Below are positions 28,790 through 38,866 of a stretch of DNA of 64,000 bases, one piece after another (positions within the stretch are counted from its first letter, which is position 1; each line of letters begins with the position of its first letter). This DNA is from Candidatus Latescibacterota bacterium (GTDB lineage Bacteria; Latescibacterota; UBA2968; UBA8231). Below the pieces are notes generated by a model. The model saw only the letters and a list, made by a program, of their open reading frames with translations, did not search any database and was not told the origin of the DNA. Both the position numbers and the translations under genes were made by a program. The stretch spans positions 192,001 to 256,000 of the forward strand of contig CBDCXV010000011.1 in NCBI GenBank assembly GCA_965223905.1, read 5' to 3'.

Positions 28790-29290
28790 ATGAACCGCGC
28801 TGCCCGCTCCGTGCTTCGAAAAATCGGCACCGATCCCAGTCTCGAGGCGGAACAGGAGCGACGCCTAGAAGGGGAAGCGGATGACGCCAAGAGTCGCCTG
28901 AACGAGCTTCGTCGCGAATCGGGTGCCGGCGAACCGGATGGATTGAGCCAAGTTCCCCAAGAAATGCTGAGCGAATCCGAGAAACGCCACGAGAAATACA
29001 GGCGACAGCAGGAGGTCGCCGGTCGGTTCGCCCCAGCAGCGGAACGCCTACCGATCATGACTTCAGACGAACGCAAGGAGCGCGACAAGGACCGTCCGAA
29101 GTGGAGGGCGACCAGCTTCGAAGGTCCGATCGAGAAACTGATCGAAAAATACGATCGTGACCTCAACGAGGTTCGGCGACACCTCACCCTTGGCCAGTCC
29201 ATGAAGTACGAGTTCACGGATGACGGCAAGGTCCTCGACACAGAAGGCAACACCATATTCGACGGGGAAAAAATCCTCACGTCCCCGTAG
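28790..29290 (+). CDS. Hypothetical charged protein
   Basis: ATG after AGGGAGG; coding-like composition; no family recognised. Confidence 0.65.
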   Translation: MNRAARSVLRKIGTDPSLEAEQERRLEGEADDAKSRLNELRRESGAGEPDGLSQVPQEMLSESEKRHEKYRRQQEVAGRFAPAAERLPIMTSDERKERDKDRPKWRATSFEGPIEKLIEKYDRDLNEVRRHLTLGQSMKYEFTDDGKVLDTEGNTIFDGEKILTSP

Positions 29291-30083
29291 CGCCCCAACT
29301 CCCAAGAGTGCCGAACAACCAACACGTCACTGCCACAATCCTCACTCGCACGACCTGAATATCACCCGCTTTCTACCCCCAATTTGTGCTGTTGCTCTAC
29401 TCTGCTGCAACGAGAAAGCCGAGTCACCACCCGGACCATCGGAACAGATCGATCTGCTTGCGAAACGCGGCCGGGATCATCTCAAGAAGGGAGAACCGTT
29501 CCGGGCGATTGCCAGCTTTCGCATGATCCTGCACATCGATAGCCTGAACGTCGAGGCCCTTGTTGGACTGGCTGAATCGTTTCACCAGCAGAAAAGATCG
29601 GAATTGGCGGCCAGGTATCGGCGCAGGGCGACCTACCTCACCTATTCTCAAGGTCGGAATTCCCTCGCCAACAACAAGCTGCGCGACGCGATCACAGCCT
29701 TTGAGCGCACTCTCGCGATCGAACCGAACCATCCCCTCGCTTCGACAGGTCTCGGAGAAATCGCCCTGAAAAAAGGCCGAAGGGAAGAGGCACTCGAGCA
29801 CTTCAAAAGCACTACCGAGTCCGCTCCCAACTACTCCCTCGGGTTTTTTTACCTTGGCCACACCCTTGCTGCACTAGGACGCTACTCCGAAGCGCGGGCG
29901 GCGTACGAACGGGCAATTGAACTCAACATCAACTTCCTCGATGCCTACATCGGCCTCGGAGAGGTGCTGATCGCACTGGGAGAACCTCGGCTCGCTGTAG
30001 AGCAGTTCGACAATGCCTTGCTGGTCGATCCGCAATCGACTGTGGCGAAATCGGGTCGGGATCAGGCGATGAAGGCTTTGTGA
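29220..30083 (+). CDS. TPR-repeat protein, probable lipoprotein (true start probably near 29355)
   Basis: Hydrophobic stretch ending in LLCC, then repeated TPR helices (LG..A...G...EA..Y..A). Confidence 0.8.
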   Translation: MTARSSTQKATPYSTGKKSSRPRSAPTPKSAEQPTRHCHNPHSHDLNITRFLPPICAVALLCCNEKAESPPGPSEQIDLLAKRGRDHLKKGEPFRAIASFRMILHIDSLNVEALVGLAESFHQQKRSELAARYRRRATYLTYSQGRNSLANNKLRDAITAFERTLAIEPNHPLASTGLGEIALKKGRREEALEHFKSTTESAPNYSLGFFYLGHTLAALGRYSEARAAYERAIELNINFLDAYIGLGEVLIALGEPRLAVEQFDNALLVDPQSTVAKSGRDQAMKAL

Positions 30084-30213
30084 AGCAGAGGCCTTGTCTC
30101 GCGACGAATGGGATTCGGGCCGCGGCAGGCTTTCGCGCGCGAATCCCTCGTTTTCTTTCTCCCAGTTTTCGCACATTCTGCAATTTCCAACCTGCCAACG
30201 AGGTTTGACCCGC

Positions 30214-31335
30214 ATGCGAACCGGTGAACGGGTGCGCACGCGCCGGCTCGGGCTGGTGAGTATCGTGGCGATATTCACTCTCGGCGCCATGCTCGGATGC
30301 GGCTTTCGGGTAGGCGACCTTCCCTATTTCTGGCATCTCACAAAAGGCCAGTTGAGGCTGATTCTCAACTGCCGACCCATCCCGGAACTGGTCCGTGAGA
30401 AATCTGTCGGAGCGACAGTAGTCGAAAGGCTCGAGTTCGTTTCCGACGTCAAAGCCTACGCTTTCGAGAAGATCGGACTGACTGCCTCCGACAACTACAG
30501 CTGTTTTTTGGACACCGAAGGCCTACCTGTTCTCTGGAATACAAGCGCCTCGCCACCGGACCGCTTCGAGCCTTACCAATGGCATTTTCCCATCGCGGGA
30601 TCCGTACCCTACAAGGGGTTCTTCCGGCGTGAACTGGCGATCGCCGAAAGGGATTCCCTCAGAGCAGGCGGGTACGACGCCATTGCACGACCGGTAGCGG
30701 CGTACAGCACACTCGGGTTTTTTGCCGACCCGGTGCTCAGCACCATGTTACAGTATCCGGAGGATGCCCTTGCGGACCTCATCATCCATGAACTCACCCA
30801 CTCTGCGATTTACGTTCCCGATCACACGGATTTCAACGAAAGCCTGGCGACGTACGTCGGAAACGTCGGCTCCCTCCGCTTCCTTGAGCACCGCTACGGA
30901 GTCGGCAGCGAAGCGGTGGCCCAGGCACGGGCTCGTCGCGCCGATGTCGAGCTGTTCCGGGTTTTCATGCAGGAGGTGGTCGCCGACCTCGACAGTCTCT
31001 ACAACCAGCAACTGCAACGGAAACAGGTGCTTCGCTTGCGGATCGACCTTTTCCGCGCATGGCAGCGGCGATTCGAAGCAAAACTCCCGAAGTTTTCCGA
31101 TCCTTCGCGATACCGGGGATTTCTCGAATGGGAAATTAACAACGCCCGCCTTCTATCTTATCGACGCTACAACAGCCGCCAGGAGCTCTTCGCTGAATTG
31201 TACGGCTTGACAGGAAACGATCTGCGCCAATCCTTGGAGTTGCTCAAAGATTGCGAGAATGCCGAGGATCCCTGGAGGTTCGCGGAGGATCTCCTTTCCC
31301 GAGTTCGCGACTTCGTCGCCCCCGGCAAGACATGA
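30214..31335 (+). CDS. Putative zinc aminopeptidase (lipoprotein-like)
   Basis: W.FPIAGSVPYKGFF, AAYSTLGFF.DP, IIHELTH, FNESLA. Confidence 0.85.
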   Translation: MRTGERVRTRRLGLVSIVAIFTLGAMLGCGFRVGDLPYFWHLTKGQLRLILNCRPIPELVREKSVGATVVERLEFVSDVKAYAFEKIGLTASDNYSCFLDTEGLPVLWNTSASPPDRFEPYQWHFPIAGSVPYKGFFRRELAIAERDSLRAGGYDAIARPVAAYSTLGFFADPVLSTMLQYPEDALADLIIHELTHSAIYVPDHTDFNESLATYVGNVGSLRFLEHRYGVGSEAVAQARARRADVELFRVFMQEVVADLDSLYNQQLQRKQVLRLRIDLFRAWQRRFEAKLPKFSDPSRYRGFLEWEINNARLLSYRRYNSRQELFAELYGLTGNDLRQSLELLKDCENAEDPWRFAEDLLSRVRDFVAPGKT

Positions 31336-31345
31336 TGGAGGCAGT

Positions 31346-32116
31346 ATGAAATCGGTGCTGGATCGATTCCGTCTAGACGACTCCATCGCCATGGTGACGG
31401 GGGCCAGTTTCGGACTTGGAAAGGCCATGGCGGAGGGTCTAGCGGAAGCTGGAGCGGATATCGTCGGAATCAGCCGCGAACGGGTCAATCTTGCCGAGGT
31501 CGAGCAAGCGGTCGAAGCCTGTGGGGGCCGTTTTCTCGCCCTGGAGTGCGATGTCGGCGACCGACGCCAGTTGCGGAAAGCCGTATCCGCTGCCCACGGC
31601 TGGCAGAAACGGCTGGACATCCTTATCAACAACGCGGGAATCATCCACCGGGACGCCGCCGCCGAACACCCTGAAGAAGCCTGGGACGAGGTCCTGCGCG
31701 TCAATCTTGACGCCGTCTGGTTCGGCAGCCAGGCAGCGGGCAAGCTGATGCTGCAGCAGGGTCGCGGGAAGATCATCTCCACTGCTTCAGTGCTCAGTTT
31801 TTCAGGAGGGATTCTCGTTCCCGGGTACGCCGCCAGCAAAGGGGCTATCGCGCAGCTGACCAAGGCGCTGGCCAATGAATGGGCACCTCACGGCGTCAAC
31901 GTAAACGCAATTGCCCCCGGCTACATGGTAACCCGGAACACCACGGCTCTTCGGGCAGACAGCTCCCGCTCGCAGGCGATTCTCGAGCGCATTCCCGCGG
32001 GGCGCTGGGGCGATCCGGATGACCTCAAGGGGGCCGCGGTTCTGCTCTCCTCCGCAGCTGGCGACTACATTCACGGCCACCTGCTGGTAGTCGACGGAGG
32101 CTGGTGCGCCCGGTAG
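31346..32116 (+). CDS. kduD: KduD-like 2-keto-3-deoxygluconate dehydrogenase (SDR)
   Basis: ASVLSFSGGILVPGYAASKGAIAQLTKALANEWA, ERIPAGRWG.P.DL.G. Confidence 0.8.
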   Translation: MKSVLDRFRLDDSIAMVTGASFGLGKAMAEGLAEAGADIVGISRERVNLAEVEQAVEACGGRFLALECDVGDRRQLRKAVSAAHGWQKRLDILINNAGIIHRDAAAEHPEEAWDEVLRVNLDAVWFGSQAAGKLMLQQGRGKIISTASVLSFSGGILVPGYAASKGAIAQLTKALANEWAPHGVNVNAIAPGYMVTRNTTALRADSSRSQAILERIPAGRWGDPDDLKGAAVLLSSAAGDYIHGHLLVVDGGWCAR

Positions 32117-32129
32117 CTCAGGAATCCTC

Positions 32130-32996
32130 ATGCACAGCTACAGCTGGACTCTCTGCTTTCTAATGGTATTAGCCGCGCTGGCCTCCACCGGGTGCGGTTA
32201 CGCCCGCAGCAGCCTCGCAGGATCCCTGATGGCCGATGTCGCCGCGGCAACGGCGAAACACGATGACGTCACGCTTGTTTCCCAGGCAGTTCCGACGTTC
32301 CTGCTGCTGCTTGAGGGAATGATCGAAGAGGACCCCGACAACCGCAGGCTCCTGATCGAAGCTGCAAAGGGGTATACCAGCTACGGTGTCCTCGTCGAGG
32401 CCGAAGATCCGGAGCGCGCGCACCGGGTCTACAGCCGGGCAATGGATTTCGGTCGCCGGGCAGTATTGGGTAACGACCGCGCCGCAGGGCTCTTAAATGC
32501 CCCCTACCGGGATTTCGCAAAAATCACCATAATCCTCGACAGGAAAGACCTAGAGGCTGTTTTCTGGACAGCGAGCGCTTGGGGAGCATGGATCAGCCTG
32601 AACACCGGATCGATGGCGGCACTGGCGGATCTCCCGCGCGTTATACTGTTGATGGAATGGGTGCTGGAACAGGACGAAACCTATCAGGGCGGCAGCCCTC
32701 ACATCTTTCTCGGCGTCTACCACGCCGCCCTCCCGCCGATGCTGGGAGGCAAACCGGAGAAAGCCCGGTTCCATTTCGAGCGGGCCCTGGAATTGACGGA
32801 GGAGCAATCGGCCATTGTTTTCGTCCAGATGGCCAAGTTCTACGCGGTGCAGCAATTCGACAGAGAACTCTACGTCTCCCTGCTGGAGCGGGCTCTCGCC
32901 ATTCCAACCGGCTCGGCCCCGGAGCTGACCTTGCAAAACGAGGCTGCCCATCGCCAAGCCCGCCGGCTACTGCTGGCAACCGACGATATTTTCTAG
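32130..32996 (+). CDS. TPAT (TRAP-T) TatT component, lipoprotein
   Basis: Lipobox STGC; 'LPPMLGGKPEKARFHFERA'; lies immediately before dctPQM. Confidence 0.85.
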   Translation: MHSYSWTLCFLMVLAALASTGCGYARSSLAGSLMADVAAATAKHDDVTLVSQAVPTFLLLLEGMIEEDPDNRRLLIEAAKGYTSYGVLVEAEDPERAHRVYSRAMDFGRRAVLGNDRAAGLLNAPYRDFAKITIILDRKDLEAVFWTASAWGAWISLNTGSMAALADLPRVILLMEWVLEQDETYQGGSPHIFLGVYHAALPPMLGGKPEKARFHFERALELTEEQSAIVFVQMAKFYAVQQFDRELYVSLLERALAIPTGSAPELTLQNEAAHRQARRLLLATDDIF

Positions 32997-33174
32997 AGTG
33001 AAAAGTCGCTTTGAAGGAGAAGGCGAACGCCTGTCTGGGACTGTATCGCCGTCACAAGCCGGGCGTCCAAGCCGAATCAACTTTATTTCGCCGCGGCCAG
33101 CAGCCAGTCTCCGACTCAACCCGGAATCGGCGAAATGGGCGACTGAGTCTGACCACGATTCTCCGAAAAGAGCT

Positions 33175-34236
33175 GTGGATACTACCCCAAAGACACCAGT
33201 CTGCATAGCGACCTCAGACCGCGCTACACGCAAGTACCTGATCTCCGCGACGGCGGCGATAGCAATCGGCCTGACGGGTCTCGCCCATGGCCAGACCCTC
33301 AAAATCGCCACCTTGGCTCCCGATGGGAGCGGCTGGGTGCAAACCTTTCGCGACATCGACAGCGAAGTGAGAGAACGCACGGAAAACAAGGTGCGCCTGA
33401 AGATCTATCCGGGAGGCGTCCAGGGTAACGAGGACGTGATGATCCGTAAAATCAGGGTCGGACAACTGCACGGCGGTGGATTCGGGGGAACCGGCACCAG
33501 CACGATCTTTCCAGACGTCCTCGCCCTCGAGATCCCCTTCCTGTTCGAGGGCTACGACGAGATCGAGCATGTCCTTGCCGGGACCCAGGAGTATTATCGC
33601 CGCGGGTACGCCGGCAAGGGCTACATCCTCCTCGGGTGGTTCGATATCGGTTTCGTGTACCTTTTCTCGCAGCAGCCGATCGCCGGGGTAGACGACATTC
33701 GCGGTCTGAAGGTCTGGCGGCTGCAGGGTGAGCCGGTAAGCGAGGTCCTGTTCGCCAAGATCGGCGTAACCTCCGTGCCGCTGTCGATTCCCGATGTGCT
33801 TCTCGGCTTGCAAACCGGCCTCGTCGAAGTGGTTTACACCTCCCCGGCCGCGGCGATCGTGCTCCAATGGTTCACCCGCGTCGGCTACTATACGACCCTG
33901 CCGATCAACTACGTTCTCGGCGCCTTCCTCGTCGACCGCCGTGCGTTTGCCAAACTCTCGGAGGAGCATCAGCAAATCCTCCAAGAGGTTTCCGAGCGCC
34001 ACATCCGCTCACAGAGGATTCTCAACCGCTCAGAAAACGAGGATGCCCTGCGAGTGATAACCGACCACGGGGTTGTCGCGGTGGACTTTCCCGCTCTGGA
34101 GGTCGAACTGTTCAAGCAGGTTGTAGCCCATTCATTGCCCGAGCTCAAAGGTCGCGCCTTCTCGGACGAATCATACGAAATGGTTCGAAGATATCTGGGC
34201 GAGTACCGGCATCGTCAGGGCGAGGCCCAACCATAG
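33175..34236 (+). CDS. dctP: TRAP substrate-binding protein DctP/TatP (start uncertain)
   Basis: LKIATLAPDGS.W, IYPGGVQG.E, KIRVGQLHG, VL.GLQTG, LQWF. Confidence 0.9.
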   Translation: MDTTPKTPVCIATSDRATRKYLISATAAIAIGLTGLAHGQTLKIATLAPDGSGWVQTFRDIDSEVRERTENKVRLKIYPGGVQGNEDVMIRKIRVGQLHGGGFGGTGTSTIFPDVLALEIPFLFEGYDEIEHVLAGTQEYYRRGYAGKGYILLGWFDIGFVYLFSQQPIAGVDDIRGLKVWRLQGEPVSEVLFAKIGVTSVPLSIPDVLLGLQTGLVEVVYTSPAAAIVLQWFTRVGYYTTLPINYVLGAFLVDRRAFAKLSEEHQQILQEVSERHIRSQRILNRSENEDALRVITDHGVVAVDFPALEVELFKQVVAHSLPELKGRAFSDESYEMVRRYLGEYRHRQGEAQP

Positions 34237-34246
34237 GGGTAGGGTT

Positions 34247-34735
34247 ATGTCGGATTACCGGGCTCCCTGGCACCGCATCGAAGACGGCGTCCTCGCCCTC
34301 CTGACATTCTCCCTCGTCCTGCTGGCGGTGGGTGAGATCCTGTTGCGCAACCTGTTCGGGTTGACACTGCTGTGGGGGGATCCGGCAATCCGCCACCTTG
34401 TGTTGTGGGCGGGTTTCGTCGGCGCGGGCGTGGCCGCCCGGAGTGGCAGACATCTGCGCATTGACGCTGTTCTGCGGGCGCTGCCCCCTCGCCTGCGGGA
34501 GTGGGCGGACGGCCTCGGTTCTCTGTTCGCATGCGGGACCTGCATCCTTCTCTGTCACCTCGCCGTGCGTTTCGTCAACGACGAACGGACCTTTGGCTCC
34601 GCCGGCGATCTCGCCGTGCCAACCTGGGTGCTTCAACTCATCTTCCCCGTTACCTTCGCCGTCCTCGCCTTCCGCTTCGGAGTGCAGGGCTGCAGAAACT
34701 GGCTCCGGGCAAAATCGCCGGATGAAGGTCCGTGA
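34247..34735 (+). CDS. dctQ: TRAP small permease
   Basis: Four TMs; ILLRNLF, RHLVLW.GF.GA..A, HLRID. Confidence 0.9.
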   Translation: MSDYRAPWHRIEDGVLALLTFSLVLLAVGEILLRNLFGLTLLWGDPAIRHLVLWAGFVGAGVAARSGRHLRIDAVLRALPPRLREWADGLGSLFACGTCILLCHLAVRFVNDERTFGSAGDLAVPTWVLQLIFPVTFAVLAFRFGVQGCRNWLRAKSPDEGP

Positions 34736-35988
34736 CCGCCCTCGCCGCGGTCCTGCTCGCCGCTTCCGGCACCCCGCTGTTCGTCATCATCGCCGCGCTG
34801 GCCTTGGCCGGCTTTGCTGCCGGCGAGCTCGATCTCACCATCCTCTTCATCGAGATGTACAGACTCGCCGACACCCCGGTGCTGTCGGCGATACCGTTGT
34901 TCGCCTTTACCGGCTTCCTCCTCTCTCACAGTGACGCCGCGCGGCGTCTGGTGCGGCTCTCGGAGGAGCTGCTGGGTTGGCTTCCGGGCGGTCTGGCGAT
35001 CATGGCCCTGACAGTTTGTGCGTTGCTGACGGCTTTCACCGGGGCCTCGGGAATGACTATCGTCGCCCTCGGGGGGCTACTGTATCCGGCCCTGAAAGCC
35101 GCCCGTTATCCAGAGCGGTTTTCCCTCGGCCTGCTGACGACCTCCGGCTCGCTGGGACTGCTGTTCCCTCCAAGCATACCGCTCATCCTCTACGCAATCG
35201 TCGCCGAAGCTCCCGTAGATCAGCTTTTCGTCGCCGGGATACTTCCCGGCCTCATGCTGGTACTGGCCCTTTCGATCTACAGCTACATGGTCGGGAGGCG
35301 AACTGCACCGGACCGGCGGCATGCGTTCTCCGCAACCCGCGCCCTTCGGGCAGTGCGCGCCAGCGCTTGGGAGCTCCTTCTGCCGCCGGTGGTAGTAGCC
35401 GGCATCTACGGCGGCTACATCGCAGTGAGTGAAGCGGCTGCCCTGAGCGCGCTCTACGTCTTCATAATCGAGGTCGCCGTCCATCGCGAAATCCCGCTGC
35501 GCCAACTGCCTGCCATCGCGCGCGATACCATGGTCCTCGTAGGCAGCATCCTCATCCTTCTCGCCGCGGCATTGTCATACACCAACTACGTCGTCGACGC
35601 CGAGATCCCCACGCGTCTGTTGGCCTTCATCCAGGGGGAAATCTCCAGTCGCTTTCTGTTTCTCATTCTGCTGAATCTCTTCCTGCTGGCAGTCGGCTGC
35701 ATGATCGACATGTTCGCCGCCCTCGTAATCGTCGTCCCCCTGGTCCTGCCGATCGCCGCCGCCTACGACGTCCACCCCATTCATCTCGGCATCATTTTCC
35801 TGACCAATCTCGAAATCGGGTACTCGACCCCACCAGTAGGCATCAACCTCTTCATCGCCAGCGCTCGGTTCGACCAATCCGTGCTGACCCTCTACCGGGC
35901 ATCACTCCCCTTTCTCGGGATTTTGCTGGCCGCCCTGTTGGTCATCACCTACGTGCCGGAATTAAGCCTGCTTTTCGTCGGCAAATAG
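34732..35988 (+). CDS. dctM: TRAP large permease
   Basis: AIPLF, FTGASG, GSLGLLFPPSIPLILY, EIGYSTPPVGINLF. Confidence 0.93.
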   Translation: MTALAAVLLAASGTPLFVIIAALALAGFAAGELDLTILFIEMYRLADTPVLSAIPLFAFTGFLLSHSDAARRLVRLSEELLGWLPGGLAIMALTVCALLTAFTGASGMTIVALGGLLYPALKAARYPERFSLGLLTTSGSLGLLFPPSIPLILYAIVAEAPVDQLFVAGILPGLMLVLALSIYSYMVGRRTAPDRRHAFSATRALRAVRASAWELLLPPVVVAGIYGGYIAVSEAAALSALYVFIIEVAVHREIPLRQLPAIARDTMVLVGSILILLAAALSYTNYVVDAEIPTRLLAFIQGEISSRFLFLILLNLFLLAVGCMIDMFAALVIVVPLVLPIAAAYDVHPIHLGIIFLTNLEIGYSTPPVGINLFIASARFDQSVLTLYRASLPFLGILLAALLVITYVPELSLLFVGK

Positions 35989-36034
35989 ATTGAACCGGCG
36001 ACGCTGGCTCCCAGCCAAGGAGGACACCTCAAGA

Positions 36035-37243
36035 GTGGCAAAGATAAAGGAGATTCGCTGCATCAGGAGCCGGGCGGGCGGGCATTGGGTCATCGTAAAG
36101 GTGATCACCGACCAGCCAGGCCTGTGGGGGATCGGTTCCGCAAACGACTACCACCACTCTTCTGCCGTGGTAACGGCCATGGAAGAGGTGGTTGCCCCCC
36201 GTTTGATCGGCCGCGACGCCGCTGATATCGAGGATATCTGGCAGAGCACCAACACCAGCGCCTACTGGCGCAACAGCTCGATTCTCAATGTCCTCCTCGG
36301 AGGCATCGACATGGCACTGTGGGACATCAAGGGGAAAGAGGCCGGCATGCCGGTCTACGAACTGCTCGGTGGGCGCTGCCGCACCGCTGTGCCCTGTTAC
36401 GCCCACGCCAGCGGGAACGATTTCGAGAGCCTCGGCGATGATATCCAGCGCTACCTCGAAGAGGGGTATCCCGTGGTCCGCTGCCAGATGGGCGGGTACG
36501 GAGGGGGCGGTTTCATCGAGTCGGAGCGCGCCGGGCGGCCGAAAGGCGCCTGGCCGGCCGCCCAGGTCTTCGATGACGAGGCGTACCTGGAAACCATCCC
36601 GAAAATGTTCGAACACCTCCGGGCGAGGCTCGGTTTCGGGCCCAAACTTACTCACGACGTGCACGAGCACCTCAGGCCGCAGAGCGCCGTGGCGCTGTCG
36701 AAGCTGCTGGAACCCTACCGCCTGTTCTTTCTCGAAGACGTGCTGCCGCCGGAACAGATCGCCTGGTTCCGGATGATCCGAGAGCAGTGCACGACTCCGC
36801 AGGCGATGGGTGAGTTGTTCGTCAACCCTCACGAGTACGTGCCCCTAATATCCGAGCGGCTGATAGACTACGTGCGCGTGCGGGTGTCGAAGGCAGGTGG
36901 GATCACCCCTTGTCGCAAGATCGCCGCCCTGTGCGAATTCTTCGGGGTTCAGACCGCCTGGCAGGAAGGAGGTGACAACGATCCCGTGAACCAGGCGGCT
37001 GCAATGCATCTCGATATGGCTTCCCCCAGCTTCGGCATTCAGGAGGAGAACCACTTCAGCGAAGAGGAACTCGAAGCCTTCCCAGGCCATGCAGTGCTGG
37101 AAGGCGGGTACCTCTATCCCAGCGACAACCCCGGGCTCGGCGTCGACATCGACGAGGAGAAAGCATCTGCCCTTTTCGACAGGCCTCGTCCGAGTTACGC
37201 CGCCGAGGATCGGCGTGCGGACGGTTCCGTGGTGCGCCCGTAG
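36035..37243 (+). CDS. Enolase-superfamily dehydratase, RspA/mannonate-dehydratase-like
   Basis: YWR, DMALWDIKGK, RCQ, HDVH, FLED, MGEL, PGLGVDID. Confidence 0.88.
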   Translation: MAKIKEIRCIRSRAGGHWVIVKVITDQPGLWGIGSANDYHHSSAVVTAMEEVVAPRLIGRDAADIEDIWQSTNTSAYWRNSSILNVLLGGIDMALWDIKGKEAGMPVYELLGGRCRTAVPCYAHASGNDFESLGDDIQRYLEEGYPVVRCQMGGYGGGGFIESERAGRPKGAWPAAQVFDDEAYLETIPKMFEHLRARLGFGPKLTHDVHEHLRPQSAVALSKLLEPYRLFFLEDVLPPEQIAWFRMIREQCTTPQAMGELFVNPHEYVPLISERLIDYVRVRVSKAGGITPCRKIAALCEFFGVQTAWQEGGDNDPVNQAAAMHLDMASPSFGIQEENHFSEEELEAFPGHAVLEGGYLYPSDNPGLGVDIDEEKASALFDRPRPSYAAEDRRADGSVVRP

Positions 37244-37249
37244 TTCCCC

Positions 37250-38671
37250 GTGCGTTTCCGGTCGCGTGCGACTATGGCGCTCGAGGGCGGTTTTTCCATC
37301 GGGAAGGTCGTCCCATCCCTCCTCGCACTGGCCCTGCTAGGTACCGGGCTTGCGGCCCCTTTCGATCTCCTTTCTCCTGCGGCCCAGCGCTCCCTCGGGG
37401 TGACTGTCTGCGCGGTGATCCTTTGGACTGCGCGGCCGATTCCGATCGAGCTGACCTCCCTCCTCCTGCTGCTGCTGATACCTTTGACGGGGCTGCTCTC
37501 CTTCAAGGAGACTTTTCAGCCGTTCGCCAATCCCGCGGTCTGGCTCGTATTCGCTGGTCTGGTGATCAGTCTTGCGCTCAGCTCATCGGGGCTCGATCGC
37601 GCCCTTGCAGCGAGGGCGAGGTGCGTGTTGGGAGGCAGCAGGTTTCGCCTGCTCGTTTCACTTCACGCCCTGGGCTTGGCCGCCGCGATCCTCATCCCTT
37701 CCGGAGTCGTGCGGGTCATGCTTCTGGTGCCCTTCGGCGTCGCCCTGATCGAGGGCGACCGCGGCAAAAACAACCCTCTTCTCGAAGCGACCATTCTGCT
37801 GTCGCTGGTCTGCAGCACCTACTACGGGGGCTGTGGCATCCTCACGGGGGCGGTGCCCAACCTCGTGGTCGCCGGACGGTTGGAAGAGGCAACCGGTCGC
37901 GTTCTCTTCTGGGGGGAGTGGCTGCAGTGGATGTTTCCCGTCATCGGTGTCATGCGCACCTCCCTCTGCGTCGGAGTGGTCTGGCTCCTTTTCGCACGCC
38001 GTCTGGCCCCATCCGACTGGGGACAGGAGCTGAGGACCCCTGCTCCCCCCCTGGACAGAAGCCAGCGCCGCATGCTTGGGATCCTGCTTTCGGGGGTAGC
38101 GCTGTGGGCGACCGATTCACTGCACCATGTGCCCCCCGTGTACATAGGACTCGTCCTCGTGGTTGCGTGCGTTCTGCCGCGGTGGGGACCGCTTCGCGTC
38201 AGTCAGATCCGCGAGGCCAATCTCCCCTTCCTGTTCTATCTCGTGGCGCTCTTCGGGATCGGCACGATCCTGCAACAGAGCGGCTTCACCGGGCTCGCCC
38301 TGGACTACATGCTTTCCCGCGCCGACATCGAGTCGCTCCCGGTGCCGGCGCAGCACCTGGCGATAACCGCAGTGGTGCTGCCCCTGGATTTCCTGATGGA
38401 TATCGCCGCGGTAGCGGCCGTGGTGACCCCGACCATGCTCGAATTCGGCGGCCTCCTCGGACTATCACCGGTAGCCGCGGCCATGAGCGTCGCCATGGCC
38501 ACGACCCTCGTTTTCCTGCCGTACCAGTCCGCGCCTTTCATGGTCGCCCTCGGGTCCGGGCGTTTCACCATGGGACAGCTCGTGGCTTGCATGATGACCA
38601 TATCCATTTTCTCTGCCCTGGTGTTGTGTCCCCTCAACGTCCTCTACTGGCACGCTTTCGGGTTGATCTGA
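37250..38671 (+). CDS. SLC13/DASS-family anion permease
   Basis: Multi-TM; FANPAVWLVFAG, LTGAVPNLV, FLPYQSAP. Confidence 0.85.
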   Translation: MRFRSRATMALEGGFSIGKVVPSLLALALLGTGLAAPFDLLSPAAQRSLGVTVCAVILWTARPIPIELTSLLLLLLIPLTGLLSFKETFQPFANPAVWLVFAGLVISLALSSSGLDRALAARARCVLGGSRFRLLVSLHALGLAAAILIPSGVVRVMLLVPFGVALIEGDRGKNNPLLEATILLSLVCSTYYGGCGILTGAVPNLVVAGRLEEATGRVLFWGEWLQWMFPVIGVMRTSLCVGVVWLLFARRLAPSDWGQELRTPAPPLDRSQRRMLGILLSGVALWATDSLHHVPPVYIGLVLVVACVLPRWGPLRVSQIREANLPFLFYLVALFGIGTILQQSGFTGLALDYMLSRADIESLPVPAQHLAITAVVLPLDFLMDIAAVAAVVTPTMLEFGGLLGLSPVAAAMSVAMATTLVFLPYQSAPFMVALGSGRFTMGQLVACMMTISIFSALVLCPLNVLYWHAFGLI

Positions 38672-38866
38672 CAGGCTATCGGTGCCTTTCTGCCGCTGGC
38701 GACCATCGATTTCAATGGTTATTATCTGCCACCATGGTTGCAGCTTGCCCCAGGTTCCGGATCGGCTCCAGCCAGGTAGTTTCCGATGTGGCTCATGCGG
38801 CTTCCCGTGTCGTCTCTCCCCTCCCCTGCTACAACATCGAAACACCACAATCGCAATGATCGCCCG

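Noticed and set aside
37423-38859. 478-aa alternative-frame ORF (also 53705-55075 and similar long antisense ORFs)
   Set aside because: Shadow ORFs of GC-rich genes, with low-complexity translations and no motifs.
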